Origin: an uncultured bacterium | GTDB lineage: Bacteria; Bacillota_I; Bacilli_A; RFN20; CAG-826 | Assembly: GCA_949297305.1 (NCBI GenBank) | Contig: CASFSG010000057.1 | Location: forward strand, 1 to 49,088 | Reading direction: 5' to 3' | Length of the DNA stretch: 49,088 bases | Shown here: one piece after another, positions 29,728 through 39,400 of the stretch | Numbering within the stretch: the first letter of the stretch is position 1 | Layout: every line of letters starts with the position of its first letter | Program-made: the position numbers and the translations under genes | Notes under the pieces: model-generated | The model's database searches: none | The model's input: the letters and a program-made list of their open reading frames with translations, nothing else | Told to the model about the DNA's origin: nothing

Positions 29728-31008
29728 TTAATAACCTTTCTTACCTAAAAGATGGAACATATTTTTCTTATAGATTTCTACTCCTGGTTGGTTGAAGGGA
29801 TTAATATGCAATAAATAAGCACTCATCGCGCATGCTCGCATAAAGAAATAGAACAAATAACCTAGTGTGTAGGCATTTAGTTTACCTAGTTCAATGACAA
29901 TATTTGGTACTTTACCATCACTTGTATGTGCTTCAAGGGTGCCTAAATAAGCTTTTTCGTTCACATATGATAACGTTTTACCAGCTAAATAATTTAAGCC
30001 ATCTAAATTTTCTTCATCATAAGGTATCTCGACATCGTATGTTGGGGTTTTAGGGAAAATAATTGTCTCGAACAATATTTTGCTTCCTTCTTGAATAAAC
30101 TGACCCAATGAATGCAAATCAGTAGAGAATGTAGCAGAATCAGGCAATAATCCTAGACCTTCTTTGCCTTCACTTTCACCAAATAATTGTTTTAGCCATT
30201 CGCCTAGTTGTTGGTATTGAAGTTCGTAAGTGACAAACATTTCAGCTTTTTTCCCATGGCGATAAAAATAATCACGTAAAACAGCATATTGATAACATTG
30301 ATTTGTCATAATGTCGCCATTATTAAATTCCATCATTGCATCATAAGCTCCGCTCATCATTTTATCGATATCGATATTAGCACAGGCGATTGGAAATAAA
30401 CCAACGGCAGTTAAAACCGAATAACGACCACCTATATTACCTGGCAAAGTAAAAGTTATATAACCTTTGGTGTTAGCCATTTGTTTTAATGCCCCTTTTT
30501 CTTTATCGGTTGTAACAAAAATAGCGTTTTTTGCTTCTTTAGCCCCGTATTTCTTCTCGGCCATTTTTTCTAAAAACCTAAAAGCAATAGCGGTTTCGGT
30601 CGTGGTGCCACTTTTAGAAATGACATTAATAGCAAATTTTTTATCTTTTAAATATCGTAAAATTTGAGCAACATAATTTGGTGATAAAGTTTGACCCATG
30701 AAGATAATTTCTAATTTATCATCACTTTTTAGCCCTTTGATTGCTTCGATTGCAGCTCTTGCGCCCAAATAGGAACCTCCAATACCCGCCACAACAAGTA
30801 CTTCATAATTTTCTCTTACATAACTTGCCCATTTTTTTATTTCAGCAAATTCCTTTTTGTCATAATCTTTTGGCCAAGTCGTCCAACCTAGATAATCGCC
30901 CCCTAAGCCACTGCGATCATTAATCATGCCGTTGATTTTTTTGACTTCTGCCCGATATTCCTTAAAATCAACTTTCTCCAAAATGTTGTTAGTGTTTAAA
31001 ACAAACAT
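29728..31008 (-). CDS. pgi: Glucose-6-phosphate isomerase
   Basis: GIGGSYLGA, ISKSGTTTE, GGRYSVLT, QLFGESEGK, PFNQPGVE. Confidence 0.98.
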   Translation of the reverse strand: MFVLNTNNILEKVDFKEYRAEVKKINGMINDRSGLGGDYLGWTTWPKDYDKKEFAEIKKWASYVRENYEVLVVAGIGGSYLGARAAIEAIKGLKSDDKLEIIFMGQTLSPNYVAQILRYLKDKKFAINVISKSGTTTETAIAFRFLEKMAEKKYGAKEAKNAIFVTTDKEKGALKQMANTKGYITFTLPGNIGGRYSVLTAVGLFPIACANIDIDKMMSGAYDAMMEFNNGDIMTNQCYQYAVLRDYFYRHGKKAEMFVTYELQYQQLGEWLKQLFGESEGKEGLGLLPDSATFSTDLHSLGQFIQEGSKILFETIIFPKTPTYDVEIPYDEENLDGLNYLAGKTLSYVNEKAYLGTLEAHTSDGKVPNIVIELGKLNAYTLGYLFYFFMRACAMSAYLLHINPFNQPGVEIYKKNMFHLLGKKGY

Positions 31009-31009
31009 A

Positions 31010-31369
31010 TCATTTAGCCTCTCTTCTATCTTCTATATATTTATCGATTATTTCTTTTAAAGGTATAAAATCCTCTTCTGTATTAGAAATAACGATATTT
31101 TTATCATTATTTTCATGAAAAGTTTCCTTTTCTTCTGGCGAAATCTTAGTTAAAGAAACACGCAAAAAACCATTTTCGGCAATATCGATTATTTTTACAC
31201 GATACGTTCGACCACGGCGAACATATCTTTTGATATTGCGAATGTAAAAATTGGAAATTTCAGAAATGTGTAGCATACCCTTTTTATCGTCATCAAAAAT
31301 TAATAATGCACCATAAGGGCGTATTTCCGTGACAGTTCCTTCAATAATATCACCGATTTTATAATCCAT
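31010..31369 (-). CDS. S1 RNA-binding domain protein (YugI/CvfD/GSP13-like)
   Basis: GDIIEGTVTEIRPYGA...GMLHISEIS; adjacent to pgi as yugI is in Bacilli. Confidence 0.88.
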   Translation of the reverse strand: MDYKIGDIIEGTVTEIRPYGALLIFDDDKKGMLHISEISNFYIRNIKRYVRRGRTYRVKIIDIAENGFLRVSLTKISPEEKETFHENNDKNIVISNTEEDFIPLKEIIDKYIEDRREAK

Positions 31370-31374
31370 AAAAA

Positions 31375-32052
31375 TTAATCTATTAAAGCTTTTAGCATTT
31401 TTACATCTTCTAAGGTAGTAATCTTCATCAATTTTTTATTGCCTAAAACTATTGCGACTTTTCCGCCATTTTTTATTACTAATTGACTATCATCTGACGC
31501 TCCTAAATTAACAAATTTGTTATGCGCCTCATAAATGGTTTTAAAATGGAATGCTTGTGGCGTTTGAATATTGTATAAATAGTGGCGATTGGGTACATCA
31601 CTAATATAATCGCCATTTTCACTATAAGCGAGCGAGTCGCTAGAAGGAATAGCGGTAATCGTCGCGTTTTCTCTTTTTAAAGCTTCGACATGACCATCGA
31701 TAATTTCTTTATCGACAAAAGGTCGCGCGCCATCATGAATGAAAACAATATCATCGTCTTTTAAAGAAGATGAAAGAAACTTTAAAGCGTTGTATGCTGA
31801 TTCTTGACGATTTTTTCCACCATTTACAATAAATTTAACTTTATCAAATTTGGATTTCATCACCAAATTATAGACGTAATCATGATGTTCAGGTTTGCTA
31901 ACTAAAACAATATTATCAATCTTATCGCTTACTTGAAAAGATTTGATTGTATAGTAAATTAAAGGATGGGCATTTAAAGTATAAAATTGTTTTGGAAATT
32001 CTTCTGAAAAGCGAACACCGCTACCAGCTAATAGAATGATTGCAACGCGCAT
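31375..32052 (-). CDS. ispD: IspD/TarI-family cytidylyltransferase
   Basis: AGSGVRF, PKQF, GGKNRQES, IHDGARPF, QTPQAF, KITT; IspD versus TarI not resolved. Confidence 0.8.
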   Translation of the reverse strand: MRVAIILLAGSGVRFSEEFPKQFYTLNAHPLIYYTIKSFQVSDKIDNIVLVSKPEHHDYVYNLVMKSKFDKVKFIVNGGKNRQESAYNALKFLSSSLKDDDIVFIHDGARPFVDKEIIDGHVEALKRENATITAIPSSDSLAYSENGDYISDVPNRHYLYNIQTPQAFHFKTIYEAHNKFVNLGASDDSQLVIKNGGKVAIVLGNKKLMKITTLEDVKMLKALID

Positions 32053-32054
32053 TT

Positions 32055-32912
32055 TTATTCTCCTTTATTGTTTTTTAATTCTTTCTTAAGAAGATTTTCT
32101 TCCTTCTTTTTTAGTATATAGTTGATAGCCACGCTATCAATAATTAATTTTATTGTATTTTCTAAATCGCTGTTTTCACTATAATCGGCAACGCAAGCAA
32201 AATTAACCCTTTCGCCGCGCAATAACGAGGACACATTTTTGCGATCTTTTTTATTATAAACAGCAATTGATTTACCACCATTTTTCTTTACTAAAACCAT
32301 ACAAGGGACATCGGTCATCCCATCACCTAAATAAACAATATTTTCGTAAGGAATGCGGCGACCAACTGTCTTTTCGTTAACTTTATTGTCATCTTCATTC
32401 TTTTTTACACCTTTTGATATTCTAAAGAAATATTGCGTTTTTTGAGTGTAATTAATTGCTAATTTCGGCCAAACGGGTTCATTAGTAATTGGGTCATAAT
32501 AAAATTCACAACCATAAATCTCTTTAAATTCTTTTGCAATCGAGCAACCATTAATAATTTCTTGTGTTCCTGAACTTACTAGATAATGCTCAATTTTAAC
32601 TCCGCAATTTTTTCCATATTCATTTATTCTTTTAAACCATGTTTCCACACCATTAAAATAAACGATATCTTTACCTAATGTATTGAGCCATTTTTTATTG
32701 AGGCTAATTCCTTTTTCTTTCGCTAATTTTATCATCATAAACATGTATGATAAAATTCTTTCAACGCCGGTTTTTGCAGAAAATTCACCAGTTTGGCCCC
32801 AAAATTCATCAGGAGTCATACCTAAAGAAGGGATAAAACCATAATTTTGCATGTCGGATGTACAAAGGGTTTTGTCGAAGTCGTAGATGATGGCCATGAT
32901 AGGTTTTTTCAT
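32055..32912 (-). CDS. HAD-superfamily hydrolase
   Basis: YDFDKTL, VSSG, YLGDGMTDVPC; start moved to MKKPIM. Confidence 0.88.
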   Translation of the reverse strand: MKKPIMAIIYDFDKTLCTSDMQNYGFIPSLGMTPDEFWGQTGEFSAKTGVERILSYMFMMIKLAKEKGISLNKKWLNTLGKDIVYFNGVETWFKRINEYGKNCGVKIEHYLVSSGTQEIINGCSIAKEFKEIYGCEFYYDPITNEPVWPKLAINYTQKTQYFFRISKGVKKNEDDNKVNEKTVGRRIPYENIVYLGDGMTDVPCMVLVKKNGGKSIAVYNKKDRKNVSSLLRGERVNFACVADYSENSDLENTIKLIIDSVAINYILKKKEENLLKKELKNNKGE

Positions 32913-32999
32913 TATTTTATTTTTCTCCCAATTGTATTTTTGTAAAAAAATATTATCATAGAAAAGTGAATTAGTCAATTTAATGACTAATTAATAGAG

Positions 33000-33557
33000 A
33001 TGACATTTATTACTTTTATTCAGTTAGAAAAATACCAAATCGCCTTAATTAGTATCGCGTCAGTAATTGTCTTTATCTTTTTATTATTATTTTTCCTAAC
33101 TCTCTTTTGTTTATTGCGTTTCCGCATTAAAATTAAAAATCGCTCCGCTTCCATTAATCTTTTAATTAACGAACGTCGCGATTTGATGAAAAAGATTATT
33201 AAGTACGCAGAAACTAAAGGAATTGTCATCAACAAAATACACAAAAAGAATATTTCCGCTTTAGATCGCATCAACGATTTTCAAAAGCTTGATAAATCAA
33301 CACGTGACACGAAATTGTTGGATTATTTATATACATCTTCCACAATTATTTCACAATTATCTCAAGTTTCGGAAATCGCTAGCGATGAGACTTTTCAAGA
33401 ACTAAACTTAATTTATCAAGATACCGAAAATCAATACCGCATTAATGTCACTTTTTATAATTCCGATATCACTGGTTATAATTATTGGGCAAATATGTAT
33501 TTTCTCAAACATATCATGCATTTTCTAGGCTTTAAGAACAAAAGTATAATTGTTTAA
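33000..33557 (+). CDS. LemA-like membrane-anchored protein
   Basis: Single N-terminal TM, helical body, ERRDL and ENQYR...FYNSDITGYN resembling the LemA C-terminus. Confidence 0.6.
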   Translation: MTFITFIQLEKYQIALISIASVIVFIFLLLFFLTLFCLLRFRIKIKNRSASINLLINERRDLMKKIIKYAETKGIVINKIHKKNISALDRINDFQKLDKSTRDTKLLDYLYTSSTIISQLSQVSEIASDETFQELNLIYQDTENQYRINVTFYNSDITGYNYWANMYFLKHIMHFLGFKNKSIIV

Positions 33558-33619
33558 ATTCTAAAAAAATATCTTGGTTTTAAACACTTTTTAGTGCAAT
33601 AATTCACTTTTTAATAAAT

Positions 33620-34792
33620 ATGTATACACTATTACTAGCCATCATCTATCTAGCATTTATCAGTTTAGGTCTTCCTGACTCTTTACTAGGGGCATCTTGG
33701 CCAACTATTTATTTAGAGATGGAAGTTCCAATTTCATATATGGGAATTATCACGATGATAATTGCTGGTTGTACAATTTTATCAAGTTTATGTTCAAATT
33801 TTCTCAATCGGAAATTAGGAACAAAATATGTCACTATCATTAGCGTTTTTTTAACCGCTTTTGCTCTATTTGGATTTTCTTTTTCTATTTATTTTTGGAT
33901 GTTGATTATATTTGCTATCCCATATGGTTTAGGAGCAGGGGCGATCGATGCAGCATTAAATAATTATGTGGCCTTGCACTATAAAGCCAAACACATGAGT
34001 TGGTTGCATTGTTTTTGGGGAGTTGGCGCTATCGTTAGCCCCTTTATCATGTCTTATTCTTTAATAAATTTTAATTGGAGTTTTGGCTATCGAATCATCG
34101 GAATTATTCAACTTGTTATAGCGTTTATCCTGTTGATTAGTATACCTTTATGGAAAATTAATAGTAAGAAAGATGAAGATATTAAACAAAACAATATTGG
34201 CTTATTTAAAGTCTTAAAAATTAAAGGTGTCGTTTTGTTACTAATTGGATTTTTTGCCTACTGTGCCTTAGAAGCGACTGCGATGAGTTGGGCATCAACA
34301 TACTTTGTTGAGGTTAAAGGCGTCAACGAAGAACGCGCGGCTTTATTTGCCTCCTTGTTTTATATTGGAATGACTTTTAGTCGTTTTTTAAGTGGCTTTT
34401 TTAGCGACAAATTAGGTGATCGTAAGATGATATTAATTGGAATTATTGTCGCTTTAATCGGAATAATATTTTTATTTATTCCAAGCTCTTATATTTTTGC
34501 AATTGTAGGCTTTGTTGTGCTAGGGATTGGCTGCGGTCCAATTTATCCATCGATTATTCACTCGACACCATTTAATTTTGGCAAAGAAAATACCGGTTCA
34601 ATTATAGGAGTGCAAATGGCCAGTGCCTATATTGGTTCAACCTTTATGTCGCCCTTATTTGGTTATCTTGCTAAAATAATTGGTTTTGATTTTATGGCAA
34701 TTTATTTGCTAATATTTCTAGTATTATCTTTTTCGATGCTAGAATTAACTTTCTATTTAACAAGGAATACACATCTTAATAATTCAAAATAA
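33620..34792 (+). CDS. MFS transporter (fucose-permease-like)
   Basis: AFISLGLPDSLLG-SWP, GLGAGAIDAALNNYVA, about 12 TM, SDKLGDR. Confidence 0.92.
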   Translation: MYTLLLAIIYLAFISLGLPDSLLGASWPTIYLEMEVPISYMGIITMIIAGCTILSSLCSNFLNRKLGTKYVTIISVFLTAFALFGFSFSIYFWMLIIFAIPYGLGAGAIDAALNNYVALHYKAKHMSWLHCFWGVGAIVSPFIMSYSLINFNWSFGYRIIGIIQLVIAFILLISIPLWKINSKKDEDIKQNNIGLFKVLKIKGVVLLLIGFFAYCALEATAMSWASTYFVEVKGVNEERAALFASLFYIGMTFSRFLSGFFSDKLGDRKMILIGIIVALIGIIFLFIPSSYIFAIVGFVVLGIGCGPIYPSIIHSTPFNFGKENTGSIIGVQMASAYIGSTFMSPLFGYLAKIIGFDFMAIYLLIFLVLSFSMLELTFYLTRNTHLNNSK

Positions 34793-35335
34793 GTGTATCA
34801 AATTGTCTAGTTATATTTTTAAATATAAAGGCATCCATGAAATAGTTTATTGATATGTGCTTGAAATAGTTAACTATTTTAATCATTAGCAGATAATATG
34901 AATGCTTGTATAGTATCGCTTTAGACAAGGGACGCAAAGATATTGCAAAAAAATAATTAAACTTTGTGGTTTATAGTGACGAGAGTTTTTAACCAACAAT
35001 ATAATAAGTTGTTAGTATTAATTTTTTATCATTAAACATCATTTAACTCTTTATTGATATTAATTAACGATATGCAGTTGTTTTTATCAATTCGAATATA
35101 AAAAAGCTTGATAATTATCAACATATTAAGCTTATATTTCGTTTTGCAATTAGTAACCGCTTTAAATGACATCAAAACTAGAAAGCAAAAGCCTAAAATG
35201 AAATTTATTAATTTAATCTTCGTTCACTTTGGAAAATATTTCATTACGAAAAGAAATATTGTAATTTGGCATATTAATCCTACAAATATTTTTTATTCAA
35301 TATTTAATTAATCGGTTAGGGAAATATTTATGGTA

Positions 35336-36541
35336 TCAAGACAAAAGAAAGTCTATGATGTTGACAATTTTAATCCCATTTACATTGGTGATATAGGTCT
35401 TATCAGCGGTAATAATCGTCTTTTCATAGAAATCGTGTGTAAAGCGGAACGGGGCTATTTCTCGCTCCTGCGTCGCTTTATCAGCAAGCGTTTCAGTGAC
35501 TTGAAAATATCGTGTTTCCTCTTTATTTATGGCAACGAAGTCTATCTCTTTCGTGTCATTTTTACCAACGTAAACTTGATAGCCACGGCGAAGAAGTTCT
35601 AGATACACAACGTTCTCTATCGAATGGCCATAATTTTCTAGACTATATCCGACGATGGTATTTTTTAAACCTGTATCAGCGAGATAGTATTTTTCAAGTG
35701 ACTTTAAGACTTCCTTACCTTTGACATCATAACGGTTAGCGCGATAAATGATAAACGCATTTTCAAGCATTTCGAGAATATTGCCAACCGTGGCAGGTCG
35801 CAAAGCCGTATCGAGCTTTGCCTCGTTTACAATATATTTTGACATGCTGTTCGAAGAGGTTATGCTACCTACATTTCCACATAAGAAGGCATAGATACGT
35901 TTTAACAGATCAATGTCTTTAAGTTTGTTTCTTCCAAGTACATCCTTTAGAATGATCGTATCATAAATGCTAGATAAAAATGTTCTTATCGTCAATTCGT
36001 CCTGCGGTAAAGACAAAAGTTGCGGCATGCCGCCATATTTTAAGTAGTTATTAAAAAGTTCATCTCGACTTTTTCCCCTGTCTCGGTAATAGCTATAATA
36101 TTCTTTGAAAGATAGCGGTAGCATTTTTATTTCTACATATCTGCCGGATATTAAAGTCGCAAGTTCTGAGGAGAACAGATACGCATTGGAGCCTGTAACA
36201 TATATATCTGCATCGCATTCGAGCGAAAGCGAATTGATAGTTTTTTCCCAACCATTGACCTGCTGTATCTCATCAAAAAATAGATAATTCTTTTTGTCTA
36301 ATAAAATCTTTGCTGAAACCAAATCGTAGAGTTGCTTATAGGTGCGTATCGAGTCGTACTTCATCAGTTCAAAATTGATGTATTGAATCTGCTCGGGCGT
36401 AACGCCGCTATGTAGGAGCTCATCGCGAAACATTTCAAGTAATGTCGATTTTCCCGAACGGCGCAGCCCCGTAACGACTTTGATGATTTTGTTGTCTTTG
36501 AACGCTTTTAAGCGTTGCATGTACTCTGTTCTATATATCAT
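35336..36541 (-). CDS. AAA_14 + DUF4143 ATP-binding protein
   Basis: GLRRSGKS, YINFE, FFDEIQ, YVTGSN, PLSFKE, KYYLADTG, ENVVYLEL, EIDFVA; sampled lines are more GC-rich than the flanks; SD AGGA gives ATG 36541. Confidence 0.92.
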   Translation of the reverse strand: MIYRTEYMQRLKAFKDNKIIKVVTGLRRSGKSTLLEMFRDELLHSGVTPEQIQYINFELMKYDSIRTYKQLYDLVSAKILLDKKNYLFFDEIQQVNGWEKTINSLSLECDADIYVTGSNAYLFSSELATLISGRYVEIKMLPLSFKEYYSYYRDRGKSRDELFNNYLKYGGMPQLLSLPQDELTIRTFLSSIYDTIILKDVLGRNKLKDIDLLKRIYAFLCGNVGSITSSNSMSKYIVNEAKLDTALRPATVGNILEMLENAFIIYRANRYDVKGKEVLKSLEKYYLADTGLKNTIVGYSLENYGHSIENVVYLELLRRGYQVYVGKNDTKEIDFVAINKEETRYFQVTETLADKATQEREIAPFRFTHDFYEKTIITADKTYITNVNGIKIVNIIDFLLS

Positions 36542-36562
36542 ATAAGTTTTTCCTTTGTTTAA

Positions 36563-36592
36563 ATTATACACTTGAAATTATGAAAATGACAA
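36563..36592 (-). promoter_or_regulatory. Sigma-A promoter of the AAA ATPase gene
   Basis: Minus strand TTGTCA, 18-nt spacer, TATAAT. Confidence 0.6.
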
Positions 36593-36758
36593 TAGTTTTT
36601 ACTCTGTAGCGTAAAAACTTCCGAAAAAGTATAATTTTTTGCAACTTTTCTGCGTGAAAATAATATTGTTAAAACTTTCAATAATCGCATTTTAAAAAAA
36701 CTAAATAGTAAGTCAAGAATTTAAGAAAGTATTGATGGTTTATTTTTTTAGTAAATAT

Positions 36759-37070
36759 ATGCAAGATTTAGTGGGGAGATGGTTGGCTAATATTTCGACT
36801 GAAACAAAAAATCAAATATTTCGAATTCGTAATGATTAAATCGACACGACAAAAGTTTTTTACTCTTATTCTGATTTCAATTTTTTTGCGATAGCGATAT
36901 TTATGGATAACCTTATTCAGAAGATACTGCAAAATTAATTTAAACTTCGTGATTTTCCTTTGATGGGAGATTTAAACCCACGATATGCGATTAAGGTTTT
37001 TAATATAGGTTTTTGTCATCAAGTATAATTTGATTCTTAATGGGTGTTAGTTAACGATGTTTACACATAA
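36759..37070 (+). pseudogene. Possible decayed RelE/ParE-family toxin gene
   Basis: The frame from ATG 36759 gives ISTETKNQI..IR / FMDNLIQKI / KLRDFPLMG, interrupted by TAA stops; resemblance by eye only. Confidence 0.3.
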
Positions 37071-37092
37071 CGAGCACGAATTTGTAAGATTT

Positions 37093-37128
37093 AATAAAAA
37101 ATAACCTATAATGTTTAACATTATAGGT
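37093..37128 (-). terminator. Terminator of tRNA-Leu(GAG)
   Basis: ACCTATAATGTT/AACATTATAGGT inverted repeat (37104-37128) followed on the minus strand by TATTTTTT. Confidence 0.75.
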
Positions 37129-37140
37129 GTTTGTCAGAAA

Positions 37141-37225
37141 TGGTGCGCCGAATGAGACTTGAACTCACACAGGTAACCCTATACGCCCCTCAAACGTACG
37201 CGTCTACCAATTCCGCCATCAGCGC
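37141..37225 (-). tRNA. tRNA-Leu(GAG)
   Basis: GCGCTGA/TCGGCGC acceptor, TACGT-TTGAGGG-GCGTA, long variable arm, CCA. Confidence 0.95.
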
Positions 37226-37235
37226 AGCGCACATA

Positions 37236-37264
37236 ATTATATAGTCTTTTTTCTTAAACGACAA
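37236..37264 (-). promoter_or_regulatory. Sigma-A promoter of tRNA-Leu, overlapping the mgtE stop
   Basis: Minus strand TTGTCG, 17-nt spacer, TATAAT, 10 nt before the tRNA. Confidence 0.7.
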
Positions 37265-38675
37265 GATGTAAGATGTAGACGCTTGTTACAAAATAGATAA
37301 CTAAAGTTATTATATCGATAATTGTCGTTAAAAATGGTGAGGAAATTAAAGCGGGATCTAACTTGATTAATTTAACAAAAATCGGTAGTGATACGCCTAA
37401 TATTTTTGCAAAAATGACGTCGACAAAGATAGTAATTGTGACCGCTAAAGCAATCATTAATCGCGCCTTGAATACACCTAAACTATCTAATGTGGCTAGT
37501 GTTTCCTCTAGAGGATAATTTACAATGCCTATATACATCTCAATTAGTAGCCAAGAAAAACAAGCAATCGCTAAAATTAAGGCGCAAAGTAAGGCGACGC
37601 GAAACTCTTTCCAAACAATTTTGAAATAATCTTTAACTTTAATTTCGCCTATTGCTAAACCGCGAATAATTAAAGTGGTCGATTGATTGCCTGCGTTACC
37701 ACCAGCGTCCATCAATAGAGGAATAAAAACTGTTAAGACGGGAAGTAGGGCTAATGTATCTTGGAAATTACTTAAAATAAGGGAAGTGAAAACTCCTAAA
37801 ACCATCAAAATAATAAGCCATGGTACACTTTTAAAGGCTAATTTGATAACGCCTGTTTGCAAATATGAATTTTCAATCGGTGAAACATGACCCATTTGAA
37901 TAAAGTCTTCACTTGCTTCATCTTCCATGACATCTAAAGCATCATCGATTGTAATAATACCAACTAATTTTTGATCATCGTTTAAAACTGGTATCGCATG
38001 CAAATCATACCGTTTCATCGTTTTAGCAACTTCTTCTTGATCGGTATTGACATTCACCGTTATTACCGTTTTATTCATAATATCTTTGAGACAGTCGCTC
38101 GAATTAGCAAAGATTAAATCATCCAAACCTAATTCTCCAACTAAAGAACGTTCTTTGTCGCGAATAAAAAGCGTAAAAATCGTCTCTTTTTCTTTACCAA
38201 TTTTTCTAATTGTTTGAATTGCCTCATCAACATTAAATGTATCGAGTAGTTCCAAGTATTCAGTTGTCATAATTGAACCAGCGGTATGCTCTTTATAATT
38301 TAATAAGGCGTTGATTTGGTTTCTTTTATCTTTTTGAACGTTTTTCAAAACGCGACTAACGACATTAGCAGGTAATTCTTCGATAAAATCCGTCACATCA
38401 TCATTTGCTTGTTTTAGTAAAAGGGTCGCTAACTCACCATCTGATAAAGCATTAATTAACTCTTCTTTTTTCTCCTGCTTTAATTCAGCAAATAAATCAG
38501 CGGTGTATTCGCTTTTTACATAGCGAAATAAGAACACTAAATCTTTAATATCTTCAAGTTCATTGCAACAATCCGCTAAATCTATTGGAGGTACTTTAAT
38601 AAAGATATCGCGCAACTCTTTAACATTATTTTCATCAATTAATTTTTTAATTGTTTCAGTATTAATATTTTTCAT
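37254..38675 (-). CDS. mgtE: Magnesium transporter MgtE
   Basis: TAGSIMTTE, CBS pair, GIITIDD, AGGNAGNQS, DPALISSPFLTTIID. Confidence 0.96.
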   Translation of the reverse strand: MKNINTETIKKLIDENNVKELRDIFIKVPPIDLADCCNELEDIKDLVFLFRYVKSEYTADLFAELKQEKKEELINALSDGELATLLLKQANDDVTDFIEELPANVVSRVLKNVQKDKRNQINALLNYKEHTAGSIMTTEYLELLDTFNVDEAIQTIRKIGKEKETIFTLFIRDKERSLVGELGLDDLIFANSSDCLKDIMNKTVITVNVNTDQEEVAKTMKRYDLHAIPVLNDDQKLVGIITIDDALDVMEDEASEDFIQMGHVSPIENSYLQTGVIKLAFKSVPWLIILMVLGVFTSLILSNFQDTLALLPVLTVFIPLLMDAGGNAGNQSTTLIIRGLAIGEIKVKDYFKIVWKEFRVALLCALILAIACFSWLLIEMYIGIVNYPLEETLATLDSLGVFKARLMIALAVTITIFVDVIFAKILGVSLPIFVKLIKLDPALISSPFLTTIIDIITLVIYFVTSVYILHLVV

Positions 38676-38782
38676 CTATAGCACCTCCGCCTATAAATTA
38701 GTTCTTTTCTATAAGAAAAGCAATATTTTATTTATATTTATTTTATGCGTGATAAAATATAAAAACGAAAGAGGGTAAAAAG

Positions 38783-39355
38783 ATGAATAAATTTATTATT
38801 GAAACGAGCGCTAGACATATTCATGTCACCGATGAAGTCTTAGAAATTTTATGCGGCAAAGGCGCCAAACTCGAAGTGAAAAAAGCGTTATCGCAACCTG
38901 GTCAATTTGCTTCAACTACGCGTTTAGATATTGTTGGTCCAAAAAATACATTAAAAAATGTGTCAATTTTAGGTCCGACTAGGAAATATAACCAAGTTGA
39001 GGTATCTTTGAGCGATGCTAGAACTTTAGGTGTCAGTGCTCCCATTCGCGAATCCGGCGATATAGAAGGTTCGTCGCCAATTAAATTAGTTGGTCCTTGC
39101 GGAGAAGTTACATTAGATAAAGGTTTAATCGTCGCAAAAAGACATATTCACATGACGCCTAGTGATGCGGAGCAATTTGGCGTCAATAGTGGCGATATTG
39201 TTAGTGTCGAAGTCGAAAGCAAAGAACGCAAATTAATTTTTGGTGATGTTGTCATACGCGTCTCACCTAAATATGCTTTAGCCATGCATATTGATACTGA
39301 TGAATGCAATGCAGCAGCAGCTTTTGGTGAAATCTATGGCCACATTGTTAAATAA
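38783..39355 (+). CDS. pduL: PduL-type phosphate acyltransferase
   Basis: SARHIH, LSQPGQFA, ILGP-R, RESGD, KRHIHM, MHIDTDECNA. Confidence 0.95.
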   Translation: MNKFIIETSARHIHVTDEVLEILCGKGAKLEVKKALSQPGQFASTTRLDIVGPKNTLKNVSILGPTRKYNQVEVSLSDARTLGVSAPIRESGDIEGSSPIKLVGPCGEVTLDKGLIVAKRHIHMTPSDAEQFGVNSGDIVSVEVESKERKLIFGDVVIRVSPKYALAMHIDTDECNAAAAFGEIYGHIVK

Positions 39356-39400
39356 TATTTGTTAATTAGCCTTTTTTATAGTTAAATATTAACGAGTATA

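Noticed and set aside
35108-35724. Short plus-strand ORFs 35108..35311, 35330..35602 and 35512..35724
   Set aside because: No SD or motifs; two are antisense to the AAA ATPase.
33558-37140. attL/attR duplication of the tRNA-Leu 3' end bounding the islet
   Set aside because: No second copy of TGGTGCGCCG seen and no integrase gene, so it is not called an intact integrative element.
38676-38782. M-box (ykoK) riboswitch before mgtE
   Set aside because: Only 107 nt of AT-rich divergent promoter DNA; no room or motif.
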